From: Amoebophrya sp. A120
Lineage: Eukaryota; Protista; Dinoflagellata
Assembly: GCA_905178155.1 (NCBI GenBank)
Contig: CAJINV010000006.1
Span: 3,630,169 to 3,694,168 of the forward strand
Direction: 5' to 3'
Length of the DNA: 64,000 bases
Numbering within the stretch: the stretch's first letter is position 1; each line of letters starts with the position of its first letter. The position numbers and the translations under genes were made by a program. The notes under the pieces were generated by a model. The model worked only from the letters and a program-made list of their open reading frames with translations. It had not been told where the DNA came from and did no database searches. Of the stretch, positions 49,101-60,900 are shown piece by piece.

Positions 49101-49457
49101 ATTTTAGCATCACAAGTTTCCAGACCCAGACAAATTTGCATTTGATACCCGCCCGGGGTTTTCAAATCCGACATTTTGTTGTTCGCGAAGGTGCAGTATG
49201 AACTGCAAAAGTACCATCGCACTCGTAGTAATTGCAGTCACGCATTGGAAATCTTTTTTTTAAGGTAAATCCGCATTACAAATTTTATTTCTCATCATGC
49301 TGAGGAAATCTGTAATGCATTTCGACGAGTACGATACTTTTGCATTTCATATGCAGCTGCCATCGTTCGCCGTCGTCGTGCCAAAAAGCTCCTGCTGCCG
49401 GCCCAGCGAGGGGCAGGAGGGCGACCGCTTCAAAGCCGAGGACTTGCGGATCGTCAT
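43118..49457 (-). CDS. PLP-dependent transferase-like (fold type I) protein, multi-exon
   Basis: Joined motifs GGDDRL..GVNKY, SGSDAEY, GEVGSGT, HVVAGSKTG, IDACQGR, TGSKFYGGPPFSGAVL, NWGVVLRW; ends KMTLVLENWDAIKKMFL*. 12 TIR elements plus one likely GT-AG intron (45170-45363). Start uncertain (possible extra exon near 49599). Confidence 0.8.
43164..43398. mobile_element. Introner family H
   Basis: TIR TATGG..TCTCAA..GTTACATTCTCAACTGTTACATG; DR CCAGT. Confidence 0.9.
43431..44454. mobile_element. Introner family B containing a nested MITE
   Basis: DR GGTCC; family-B ends intact. Confidence 0.9.
43548..44418. mobile_element. 871-bp GC-rich non-autonomous TIR transposon (MITE) nested in an introner
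   Basis: TIR TGACGTCGCCTCGGTA / TACCTAGGCCACGTCA, TGCA duplicated on both sides, many subterminal GCCTCGGTGCGCC repeats. Confidence 0.85.
44493..44760. mobile_element. Introner family A
   Basis: DR GCACC. Confidence 0.92.
45777..45927. mobile_element. Introner family B
   Basis: DR ATCAG. Confidence 0.9.
46167..46399. mobile_element. Introner family E
   Basis: DR CTGCA; join DACQGRLQ|EGAL. Confidence 0.92.
46449..46674. mobile_element. Introner family D
   Basis: DR CCCGG. Confidence 0.9.
46712..46931. mobile_element. Introner family D
   Basis: DR ATGGA/ATCGA. Confidence 0.88.
47590..47851. mobile_element. Introner family A
   Basis: DR GAGCA. Confidence 0.92.
48087..48233. mobile_element. 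Introner family B
   Basis: DR CCCGG. Confidence 0.9.
48607..48759. mobile_element. Introner family B
   Basis: DR GGCAT/GGCGT. Confidence 0.88.
48890..49147. mobile_element. Introner family A
   Basis: DR CCAGC/CCCGC. Confidence 0.85.
49197..49351. mobile_element. Introner family B
   Basis: DR TGCAG. Confidence 0.9.
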
Positions 49458-52400
49458 TTTTACGAGATCGTGGTTGTGGTTCGGCGTCGTCCACCTATTT
49501 ATCTAGTGCTCGAAGCCAGAAAAATCTATCCGGCAGCAGGTCGTGCTACAACGAACTTCTATTCTGGGAGTAGTATATCCTATTGAATTTGTCGAGCATG
49601 ACAGGCGTCCGATGACATCAACATCTAGAAAGACCTTTAATATTAGGTCTAGTGGTCTGTGAAAACCAAAACTGAAACTTGTTGCTTAGGCTAATGCTGT
49701 TCCAGAAAATCTTTATGCCTTAAGCTTGCTAGAGATGGAGTAGACACAGCTATCCCCAGCAACGGTACCAATTATTTACAGAGTTGAGGTTTCTCATGAA
49801 GATCGTGAACTTCCGCGTGTAGACGACAACAGATGAAAGAAATGCTGCATTCTCTAAACGTAAATCAATACTTGTCGTCGATACACTTACACCACAACAC
49901 AACACCACCACTAGAAAAGCTGGAAAAAATGTTGCGTGTTGATATCGAGATAAACCACTACCGCAAAGAACAAAATTGAAAGCGGAACAAGCACATGGGA
50001 GATCTAGTACGTCTACGTACTCCTACAATGCGCGGGGTAGAAAAAGGGATTGGATAAATATGGCCAGAGGATGTTAGTTATGGATTGGGTAGTGTCAGTG
50101 TGTCACTTTCGTAGTTGCAGAAAAATCATGCACAAGTAGAATCTTCCATGGACCACTACAATTCGCTCAATTTCTTTACGTCGATGGACAATGTTCTTCA
50201 AGTTCATGCAGCTCGTCTCTCATCGATCCTTATCGAAGCAAAGCGAAAACTACGTAAATAAAAATAGGCCGATCATGATATTGTCTTCCTACTCATGTTC
50301 AAATGAAACCGAACAATCAAAGCACGGTAGCTTTTCTTTAATTTCATACACGACAGAATCAACTTGAAGCCTTCCTGCTCCATAACACACGACCGCTGTA
50401 GTAAAATTCGTTTTTTTTTCGAAGTCAAGTTCAACTTATTTCCTGTCTGAGGCAAAAAAGAAGCCCTTCGACAAATAGAATCCACCTCAATTATAAAGCT
50501 TCACTTTCTTATTTCTCCGCTCGTCGGCCGAATGGCTTACTTGTTCCTCAACACCGATCATGAAAAATACAATTTCCATTTCGAAATTTTTAAAATTACT
50601 GAAGCCGAATAGATTGCACTTGCAGAAGATCTAGCAAGGAGTTGTTGGAGGTCTCTACTGTCGAGCGCGTCGCTGACACGAAACTCTGGCGGGGCTCTCG
50701 AACAAGAACTACTTACCCTTGCTCACTTCCACATGGAATCATACTTAAAACGCACATGATCTACACAATAAACCGAGTTCACTCATCTACTCGGTTCATG
50801 TTTCGTCAATATTCTTTATTGCGGTAGTCCTAGTCGTAGGTAGTGCAGTGTGGTGCGGTAGCCGCGGCAGTCGCAGGCACGACAGGACTAGTACTTACAG
50901 AGCGTTTGCTAATGCAAATGCTATCGCTAACGGATAATCAAAACGGAAATCGCTGTCCAAAAGATGTCTATGACTAAGACTTCAGCTCATTTTTAATTAG
51001 TATTGGTCTGCATCAAATTCATACTCGCAAAGCGCACAACAAGTATACTTAATTAGTCCCTCAACATTTTTAATATTTTTAATTTTTTCTGAAATTGCGA
51101 CGCTCGCCATCATCTGGCGCGGCCAACCAAGAAAATTAATTGATGACAGCGATTGTATAAAATTTTTCCCAAAATTTAACATAGGCGTCGTGTAGTCAGA
51201 GTTAGACTCGACAAAATTCAAACCACGACTATAAAGCTTGGAGGTGGAGTTATTTTGCAGACTGATGTAGAAAGAGGAGCTACAACACTTATCTAGTGTT
51301 TTTACAACGACGAACCGCGCTGGGACCAACACCCGCAAAAACAAAGTGAAGCTATAACACAGTCAGCAGCCCCCAACTAGAATACAATATCCGCTGCCCC
51401 CCTGCCGCAAAATCAAAAAGCTGTACCAAACAAGCGGAAAACACAGATGCAAAAGAAGAGAACTAAAACTCCAGACTAGAACAATCCAAAATAGGGGGTA
51501 ACAACTGCAGCAAAATTTAGAAAGTGAAACTACAGGAAGGCGAGCACGTAGTGAAACTACAGAAAGTAGAACTGCTTCTGCTCCGCCTCAATTTCACTCA
51601 GCATTGAGTTTTTTGGTAGATTTTACCTAAAGCAACCCCAAGAATCTTCAAGCGTATTCATTGAGAAGATGATGACCGCTCTATTTTTCCTGTGTTTCAA
51701 CGTAGAAACTAGTAACCAACAGGACAATAAAGTAGAAAAGAACCTCCAGAGCGGCGCTACAGCAGCACCTACACAGGAAAGTGTTACGTTTTGCTTTTCC
51801 CCTATAATTTCAACGCTTTTTTACTATTGCTTTATTATCCTTTTGGTCTTTCATTTCAAGAAGATATCACTACGCAAAAAAACCCATTGTGGTCTGACGG
51901 CATTTTTAATCATGATTGGCAGTAAGGTAACATAATTACCCCTCGTCGCCCTATTTCCAAATATTTGTTTCATGTGGCCTACTGCCCAAGTGAAAATAGA
52001 AGAACCTTCCACCCAGCTTCATAATCATAGTATTTTTCAGTTTTCATTTTTCCTGTTATGCTATTCAAGACCATGATCCCCAGCCCGTAAAGAATCCGTA
52101 TAGACTTTTTTTTATTCCTGCTGTGTCGTGTACTTTACAAAACAGGGAAGCCATGATCCTCGCTTAAGGATAATGCTGCTCCCTCGAATATTTTTTTCTG
52201 TAGCTACCAAAAGAGTCTCTTTAGTGCGACTCATCGCACACCCTCGTCGCTGATAAAAAAGTAGAGAAGCAGCGTCTCAATGCTACCGATTAAAAAGTAG
52301 AGAAGCAGAAGCAGTACATTAGCGTCAATTCTATAGATTGATAGAGATAGTGATAATTATCTTTTACACCCTCCTTGCAAGTCGTTCAATGTTTAAAGAC

Positions 52401-52684
52401 TTTTGTCTTCTGAAGACCTAGTGTCGCGCGGAGTCTGGAAGAAGAACAACCTATTTCTGCTATAAGCATACGTATAAAGAAGAAGAAAAAACAATACAAG
52501 AGTAATTCGTATTAGTTGCAATCAGATGTAGTTGTTGAGAACTTACTTAACATTGCCAGTCCTCATTTGATAGAAGCATTTAGTATAAAGATAAACAAAA
52601 TCCAAGTAGGTTCTAAATAAAAGATTCGAGAATTCATAAATTTCATATTGATTTTTACGGCCAGCATTTGCATTCTTTCAGTTT

Positions 52685-55600
52685 TTACTGATGAAAGTAC
52701 GACTGATCCCGATTCTTGTCCCGATTGCTCCCCCGCGGCGTGCAAGCTCCGGATACGTTGCTTCTGGGCATCATGCTGTTTTCGGAGTTGTAATTTTTGC
52801 CGTTCCAATTTTGCTCCTGTTGCTGCCTGCTTGTTTCTTGGTAGTACGAGAATTGTGGTCCACCACGACCTCCACCTCCAAACGTAGGGCTATTTTTCGC
52901 ACGACCTCCTTTATAATTTTTCCCGACACTGTAAAAATTGGAATCCAACTCCGAGGTGCTGCACGATACTCCTTTGTAGTAATGATGTGCAGTAGACGTC
53001 GCCCGCCCTACAGCTGGTTGTGGATGTAGTTCTTGTGAAACAAAATTATTCAGGGGCCGCACTCCTGTTGGTCGTGGAGCAGTACTAGTAGAATTAGAAG
53101 CCATGTAATTATTCCGATCGTCGTAAAAATTGTCAACATCGCGCGACTGCTGCTTAGAACTCGTCGTCCACGACGGCTGCTGATAGAAGTGGTTGTCCTG
53201 GTCATGGTGGTACTGCTGCTGCTTGTTCATCTGGTCATGCCCCTGGTCGTGTCCCTGCCGCCCCCCGAATCCACCTGGATAGTTGTTCACATGATCATCC
53301 AACGGCGCCGCCATCGCAACTCCTGCCGCGCTATGTTGGGTATTCTCATTTCCATATGGTGTCGAGGGTACTGCTTGTTGTATGATCGGGTAATTTGAAC
53401 ATACTGGCCCACCACGACCCTTGTTCAACATCTGGGGCCCGACGAGATGGTCGGTTTGCAGCTTGTGCATGTGCAGCCCACCGCGCCAATATTCCGCACT
53501 TCCACGTGGCTGTGCCATGACTGCGACACGGTCGGCGAAGGATGGTCGTGCTCTTGGCAGAGATATGGATTCATCAGAGTTGAAATCGACAAAGTTGAAA
53601 TAATTTGCCATGCATAAAATGGATGCCAGTTGGAACCCAGTTTCCAAGTGGCGCATGACAAATTTCGGCGGTCCCTAAATCCAGTTTGTCATGCTGTTTA
53701 GGCAAAGAATAGTGATTTAGATTTTCTCATGCTACTTTAGCAGCTCGAGCTGTAACCCCAAACAGGCTTACAATCGGCCTCACTTGCCTGCTCTGCAACA
53801 CACGTACCTCGGGTCATGCATTTTATGCATTACAGATTATTTCAACTTTGACGATTTCAAACCTGACAGTTCCATAAGAGAAGGATCAGAAGTATCTGCT
53901 GTACCACGAGGACCGTCGTGTATGGAGGTGTCAGAGTTGAAATCCGCAAAGTTGAAATGATTTGTCATGCATAAAATGCGACACAAAGACTGACTCTATT
54001 GCTGAAGGCGCAAGGGAGGCAGATTCTAGTGCTGGTAAGGGTCAAGAATTGGGCTGCTGACTAGCATGACAGGGAGCAGCCATCTTGCCCTAAACAGCAT
54101 GACAGACGTGCTTCAGAGGCCAGGAAAATTTGTCATGCACCGATTGGAAACTGTGGGTCGAACTGGTATAGATTTTATGCATCACAAATTATTTCAACTT
54201 TGTCGATTTCAACTCTGACACATCCATATCGTGGTCTTCCCCGCTACAAGTCTGTAGTTGTCCCGGAAGATGATGTTCATGATGCAGTTGTCCCGGATCT
54301 TGCTCTTGGTGCACGACCGCGTTTTTGTTTTTGAGCAGGTTGTCGTCCTGTTGGAGGTAAGAAGTACTAGACTGTGGAGCTCCTCCTGCGGCCATCGCCA
54401 TGTTGTCCCCGCCGCGCGGCACGCCATCTCGTCGCCCAGCATCTTCGCGGACGACGACAGCAGGTCGTGCTGTGGGGGCAGCAGCAGCTCCTGTGCTGGC
54501 ACAAGAACCGCCTCCTCCACTAGAAGCGGGAGCAGGAGATGAACACACCTTCTTCACTGCGGCGGCCGGAGGTGGACAAGAAGTAGGTGGGGAACAGGAA
54601 TTCGCATGATCGGCATCCCGGAGCATCCGCTCCACCAAGTTTCTTTTGCTGGAAGAGATATTCTCCGGGTGGGCACCAGTACCAGCCGGTAGTTCCAGCT
54701 CGTGAGTTCCCTCAAATAACTGCTTGCTGCCTGATACTTGATTTTCGTTTCCTGGATTATTTTCGAGGTCGATTTTCAGCCTATTTGATGTTCCTCGCGG
54801 CCCAGGTCTCCATCTCATCTGCTGGCTCGTCCCGGCACGCACAACCTGCTCCGCATCGTATTCCACCAGCGTTTCGACCCGATCCAGCAGCTCCGTGACC
54901 GCTTTGTGCACGGTGAAGCTGAGTAAATGCTGGTTCCTATTCAGTTCTTCAACAGTCCGGGTTGGTGGGGACGACGACGACGAGGTGCTTAAAATTGTTC
55001 CAGGAACTCCCGCCGCATTGGGGGTCGACGTCGTCGTAGCCGTGGTGGATGTTGTTGTAATACCCTTGTCTACAACAACTGGCGCAGCAGCAGCAGCGGT
55101 TCTAACCGGCTCCCCAAACCGGTCGAATTGCGAAGTCAAAACGACGTCCGACACGGCAACGCGCTTCTTGTTCGAAATCTGCGCGCCCAGCCTGTTTTCG
55201 GCCTGCTCCTGCGTGATGTGTATCCAAGAAAAAAACTGCGTATAGTGTAACTTTCTTTGGCTGACAGCATCACAAATTTGCTCTACGTGTTGACAGAGAA
55301 AACCTGTCATGCGTGGCTCGAAAGGGAAAACACACACGAAAAGAGGACTTCATGGTTGTCTGGCATGACAGGTGTAACTCTGTTGCATGGTCTGCATTAC
55401 AGAGTTACACTTACACAGTTTTTTTCTTGCATAATGTGATCCCGTGCCATAATCCGCTCCACCTGCACCTCCCGGTTACAGAAGACCGACCAGATATGAG
55501 AGTGCGCAACTACTCCCCCTACAACTGCCCCTCATTTGTCATGCAAAAACCCAAATCCAGTTGTTACCTATACCTCCTTGTGGCACCGCGTGGATGACAA

Positions 55601-56897
55601 ATTCCGCCGATGGAACAAGTTCCAAACAGTACTACACTCGGCGTATGAATTTGTCATGCAGCACCGGGTCCACCTGTACTGGTTTATTCTTTTTGTCATG
55701 CTCTTCATGCAATACAACATATCAGGGGGAGCGGGAGCAGTTCTTGTGCACTCTCATACCAGACTTCGTCACAGGGCCACTGGGCCTCCAGCAACACAGC
55801 AGCGTCCAGAACCGCGACAACTATGCATTGCAAAACTACTCGTACAAATCGTATTTATGCATCACAAATTTCTTTGTCAAGTTAAACCCGCACTACAAAT
55901 TCCATTTTTAATGCTGAGAAAATTTGTAATGCAATTTATACTAGTACGATTATAGTACTTTTGCATTGCATAACAATGCGATTGCTGCAAAACTGGAGTG
56001 CGGTTTTCCAGTTGCGTTTATTCTTCTTGGTGTTCGCCGATGTTGCAGACGGCTGATTGCTTTCATCATCGACTGTTATTTCCGGCGCAGCGTCCTGTTG
56101 CCCTCCTTTGTTAACGGCAACAGTTACATTCCTCGCAAGCGCTTCCGCTTTTCCCAGCGCTGCTTCTGCGACCTGCATATTATCTTTGTTTATCGTGTGC
56201 AAAAGTATCGCACTCGTATAAATGCATTACAAATTTCCTCAGCATGAGAAAAAAAATTTGTAATGCGGATCGACCATAAGAAAAGGATTTGTAATGCATG
56301 ATTGCAATACGAGTACGATACTTTTGCACAGGATATTGTTGCTCTTCGACCGACTCCGTTGCTTGCTGGTGCCACGTATCAAGTGCAAATATGTCTGGCT
56401 CTGGAAGATGATTGCGAGATTTGTCATGCTTGTCTAGCATGACCAAAAAGTTTGTGACGCGTGTCAAAGAAGAGACCCTTTTGCCTGTCATGCAAAAACG
56501 CAGTTTGTCATGCGAAACACGCAACACAAAGAAGCGCAGATATTTTTCATGCTTGGCTGTGCAACATTACAGAGCGTTCACTATTCCCAACGCAGCATTA
56601 CAAGTTTCCAGACCCAGACACTTTTGCATTTGATACCACGGTTGCGGTCAGTAACCAGGGAATTCCGTTGGGAAGCGGATTTTTCTTCTTGCAGCTGCCT
56701 GTAGGCACACTCAAACTCTTCGACCTGTGGTGAAGTTTTTGAATTTTATCAAGGTCTGTCATGCAGAGCCGGCATTAATATCAAAAAATGCGGTTGGAGG
56801 TTGAGGTTGTGATGCAAACATAGCTACTTGATGTACTACTCTCTATGCAGAACATCAAAGCTTTTTCCATCCGTACCTCCTCTGCGATCTGCAGACA
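52685..56897 (-). CDS. Dephospho-CoA kinase (CoaE/COASY-type) domain protein with long low-complexity C-terminus; 5' part lies beyond the window
   Basis: Joined exons read VLDAAVLLEAQWPCDEVWSVFCNREVQVERIMARDHITQEQAENRLGAQISNKKRVAVSDVVL, the typical C-terminal half of DPCK. Confidence 0.85.
53564..53876. mobile_element. Introner family C
   Basis: DR AGAGA. Confidence 0.92.
53921..54228. mobile_element. Introner family C
   Basis: DR TCGTG. Confidence 0.92.
55221..55433. mobile_element. Introner family D
   Basis: DR ATGTG; join ARDH|ITQE. Confidence 0.92.
55495..55758. mobile_element. Introner family E
   Basis: DR CCAGA; join DEVW|SVF. Confidence 0.9.
55822..55972. mobile_element. Introner family B
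   Basis: DR ACAAC/ACAAT. Confidence 0.88.
56191..56335. mobile_element. Introner family B
   Basis: DR TTGTT. Confidence 0.92.
56377..56635. mobile_element. Introner family A
   Basis: DR CCACG. Confidence 0.92.
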
Positions 56898-57040
56898 TAT
56901 CAAATGCAAAAATGTCTGGGTCTGGAAAGAATGAAATTTGTGATGCTAACTTTCGATGATTCAAAAACCTGTATTGCATGAGGAGCAGCCGGCACTCAGA
57001 TTTTTGCTATTCCGAGAAGGCATTTCTCATGCAGTATAGG

Positions 57041-57399
57041 TGTGAAGTTTCCTGTAAATGTGGCGAACAACAAATTTGGAAACTTTCATAGAGGTTACGA
57101 TCCTCAAGCGTATTGGGGTGTTACCAATTGTGAATTCCAGTATTGCGCGTATATTGGGTTCACAAACAAGCCTGACATCGTTCCATTCAAAAATCCACAT
57201 CGGTCTTCTTTTCATCTGTATCGTTTCTCATCGTCATTGCATTCAGATTAGCACGCTATGCTAGAAGCTAGTATAGTGTGTACGATACTACAACGATAGG
57301 TGTACGATGGTCCGAATAAATATGCTCTGAACGAATACCGATAGTAGTAATGATTTTTGCATTCAGACAGAAACTGGGTGTACGTCAATACCGATGACA
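57041..57399 (-). repeat. 3' LTR
   Basis: Direct repeat of 63578-63936; two mismatches seen by eye. Confidence 0.97.
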
Positions 57400-57413
57400 T
57401 TCCCCCGTCTCCA
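57400..57413 (-). promoter_or_regulatory. Polypurine tract
   Basis: GGAGACGGGGGAA immediately before the 3' LTR on the minus strand. Confidence 0.8.
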
Positions 57414-57959
57414 TTTGAAATAGCATGTAAAATAGTATAAAATAGTAATTCTAGTAAATATTTTAGGTGCTATTTCGAAGATGAAATTAGAAAATCATAA
57501 TGGGATACAGGCTCCTGAAATAAAAGTAAATCTGTATTGCGCATGGGATACAGCATGATAAACTTGGAGGTCAAAATAAATCTACCGTGAACAAAAATGG
57601 ACGCAAAGATAAACAAGGACACTACTACAAAATCAATGGGTTTAACAGATACCCTCTATTGGTTGCGTAATAGCAGCGAGCTTCGCTGCAGACATACAAA
57701 AGTGTGCAAATGAAAACCAGAAAAAACAACAGCATGATGCGTGGAAAAACACGAGAAACAAAGGGGGTCTTAGGCAAAAAATTGAAGCAAAAAGTCTCAC
57801 GGAGGGATGTGCACAAAAGAAAAAAAATCTTCAGGCAAAAAGAGTGCGGGTGAGCTTGCAACAAAAAGTGAAAAATCACAACAAAAATTGCCAAAAAACG
57901 AAAAGAAATTGTCTCAAAAAACTTACCCGCATCCGAACCATTCAGCTCAAGGCTTGGAT

Positions 57960-60900
57960 TTAGGTGCTGACTTGGATGCGGCCAGTTGCAAACGCTTTAA
58001 TGATCATCCTGGGATAGGACGCCATATGCGTGAGCTCGTCAGCAATATTGATTTCGCGCGGAATGTGGCGCACATCAATAAGCTTTTCTTTTTGTTCTTG
58101 GCGTAGCATCGCAGCATCAGACATCAAGTTCGTTTCGCGCTTCATCTTGTGCGTAGTGCCGGCTGTGCTAACGTTATCGGATGAATCGGTTAGACACAGG
58201 ATAGGCGTACTAGCATCAAGAGTTCCGACTTCGACAAGCATACCCTGCAGATACTTTGCATCAGCATGCGCACCGCGCAACGCTAACAACTCAGAACCTG
58301 CGGGCGATGACGACCGCCGCGCTTGCTTGATCGATTGCCAACGCATCGGAATAGCGCGCCTAGATGGGCCCGGAGTCATCTCGCTGAGAAAAATGATAAA
58401 TCCAGTCTGAGACTCGCCATCTGGTCGGCCTTTAAACGAACTGTCGCTGAAAGAGACTAGCTGAAGGGGTCCTTGCAGCTTGAAAAAATTAGTGCTAAAA
58501 TCCAACCTGTGTGCTACTGTGCGCGCGACTTTGTTCAGCTTGTGGATGTCCGACCAGGTCGGATGCTCCATGACTGAACTCAAAATCGACAATGGGCATG
58601 CGATATCAGGGCGCGAACGCGTGGCCCATCGCAAATTGCCGATAAGTGCGCGGTAGGGGCACTTGCCGTCTTTGTTCTTCTGTGTGAACGGCTCACGCGA
58701 TTCCGCATCAACACCATGCGGAATTGGAATTTCGACGATCTTAGAAGTGTAGTGCTCCTGCGAAAGTCGAAAACTGTGGTCGGTGTTCAGCGCGAGCTTT
58801 TGCCCGACGTAGTTCACAGGGTTGGAAAACGTCAAATCCTCTTTGGAACCAAACGAAAAAGTTTCTTCCAGGGGTGCCAGTACTAACTTTTTGAAAAGTT
58901 CACCGCCAGAATACAGCAAATCATCAACAAAAACGCACATAGTTCCAATGATACGACCGCCCTGCGGGGGCTCGTGCCGAAAGGTCGGGTCGGATTGGAT
59001 TTGTGCTGCTGTGTCTTCTGTGTAAACTGGGCGGGGTGGTGGGATTAGATTGTTGTTTTGGTCCACAACAAAATAAAGCAGATTCTGGTCAGCTGTCACA
59101 GACCAGGCGCAGAGTTCTTTTAACCGCTTGAACAGAGCTGCCTGCCAGCGTTCGGGTGCGTCGATTAAACCATAGAGTCACTTTTTCAGCCTAATGACAG
59201 GCGCCTCAATGATTTTGCACTTGCGAACCGCTGCGGGTACTGTGATGTAGAGCGGCTTTTCGTTGGGGTCGAAATAGAAACCACGCAGAAACGCAGTCTC
59301 GATATCGCCACTCCCGATGTCCAATCCATGTTGCTTGGAAAAGACAAGGAACGTCTTCAAGCCTGCTTCGCTGATCATGCTGCTGTCCGTTCTTATGTCC
59401 TCAGAACCTTTTCGTGGGTCCTGAAAACCGCGAACAACCCACCTTGCTTTCACACGCTTTAGCGTGCCTTTTATCGTGTCTATTTTTAATGTCCACACGA
59501 TTCGCGACTCCATGGCTCGACTTTGATCCACATCTCCCTGCGGCAACTCGTAGACATCATTGTCTTTGATGCTACCAGTTTCCTTGTTCAACGCCTTGAA
59601 CGCTTCGGGCTGTAGACCATGGTCGATCAAGAAGTTGTAGGACACTTCGACATTGCCAGATTTGATCTCCTCCGGCTTAAGGGAAAGAGTCACACTGGGC
59701 AAGTCGACGCGGCGTAGACAGGCTAGCGAAAAGACAAAATCATATCCACTAACCTTGTCGCCGTGCTTCTTTCTGCTGAAAAAACCGTCTTTGGTCAAAA
59801 CAAAGTGAAAAACATCGTAGCGCTTTTTCCAGTTCAAATCACTTTTGACCGTGTAGCAGTTTTTGTTGATTTTCATCAACGCAATCTCCCTGCTGGTTTG
59901 CGCTGCGAAAAACTGAAAAACTTCCTGCCCTTTGTCAACTATCACCCGATGCCCTGAGTGGTGTTCGTAGCGCTCTTTTGTCAACCTAGAAAGCAAATCT
60001 TTTTGGCTCTCATCAAGTGAAAACGAAATGTCTCCACCTGATTCCGCCGCAAGAAAAGCTTGCGCCCATCGCGCTTCGCGCTCACGGCGCCTACGTTCCG
60101 CGCGTAGCGTGCGCGGGTCGGGCTCTTCGTCCTCCTCTTCCTCAGAAGTTGCGGGAGGTGACTCAGGGGCTTGGGGCGGGGCTTTTGCTTTTGCTTTGGG
60201 TGGTGCTTGTGCTTTTGCTTTTGGTGCTTCAGCACCTTGCGGAACTGTCAAATTTTTAGTGCTAGTCGTACTGGTAGTAGTGGTAGTAGCATGCTGATCT
60301 GCGACATTCGGACTGTTACTTGAACTAGAACTAGAGGCGTTTTTAGAAAAATGAATCGACTGACTTTCGGATTGAAGATTTGCATGAGCATGCGGATTTA
60401 GTACTTGCGCATGCGATACGGACTTTGCTTTTGCTACACTGTGAGGGGCTCCCTCTTTTGGTACTGCGCTGCTGTTGGGTAGTGCTTTTGCAGCTTGTTG
60501 CCGTGCGTAGTGCTGGTAAATTGGATGCGCTGAAAACTCTAGCGATGGGATGACTCGCAACTGAGAACCACTCTTCCTCACATGATATCCAGTCGATTTC
60601 CCGTAAAGCAGGTAGATCGGTCTGCCTGCGTGTCCTTCCTCCAGCCCGATTATTTTGGTCCCTAACCAGGCTCGATCGACTTCGGAATAGTATTCCACTG
60701 CTGCTCCCGGAGTTAGTTCATCTTCCTTCGGTTTCCGGCGAATTTCCAAACGCTTCAGAAACTCCTTGTCAACTGCAACTTGTTCCAACATCTGGCGGAT
60801 TTGCAACCGCTCGCGAAACTCTTCCAGAAAGGACGACTTTTCCGGAATTTGTTCCGTTTGTTGGTCCAGAAACGTGCGAACATTACTAGGCGTCCTACAG

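Noticed and set aside
50825-50892. Hairpin TAGTCCTAGTCGT...ACGACAGGACTA
   Set aside because: No tRNA or known ncRNA signature; single occurrence
10625-57040. Recurring peptides (SNANMSGSGRL, LPDPDTFAFD, ALQKYRTR, YFNFDDFNPD) suggesting a protein repeat family or CRISPR-like array
   Set aside because: They are translations of element TIRs; the repeats are inverted pairs with irregular spacing, and no cas genes are present
57027-57264. Short ORFs duplicated at 63534-63801
   Set aside because: They lie within the LTRs and show no coding evidence
59178-59180. Stop-codon reassignment, as reported for one Amoebophrya isolate
   Set aside because: Reconstructed host exons have no internal stops and end in TAA/TGA; Trp does not fit LKKxLYGL
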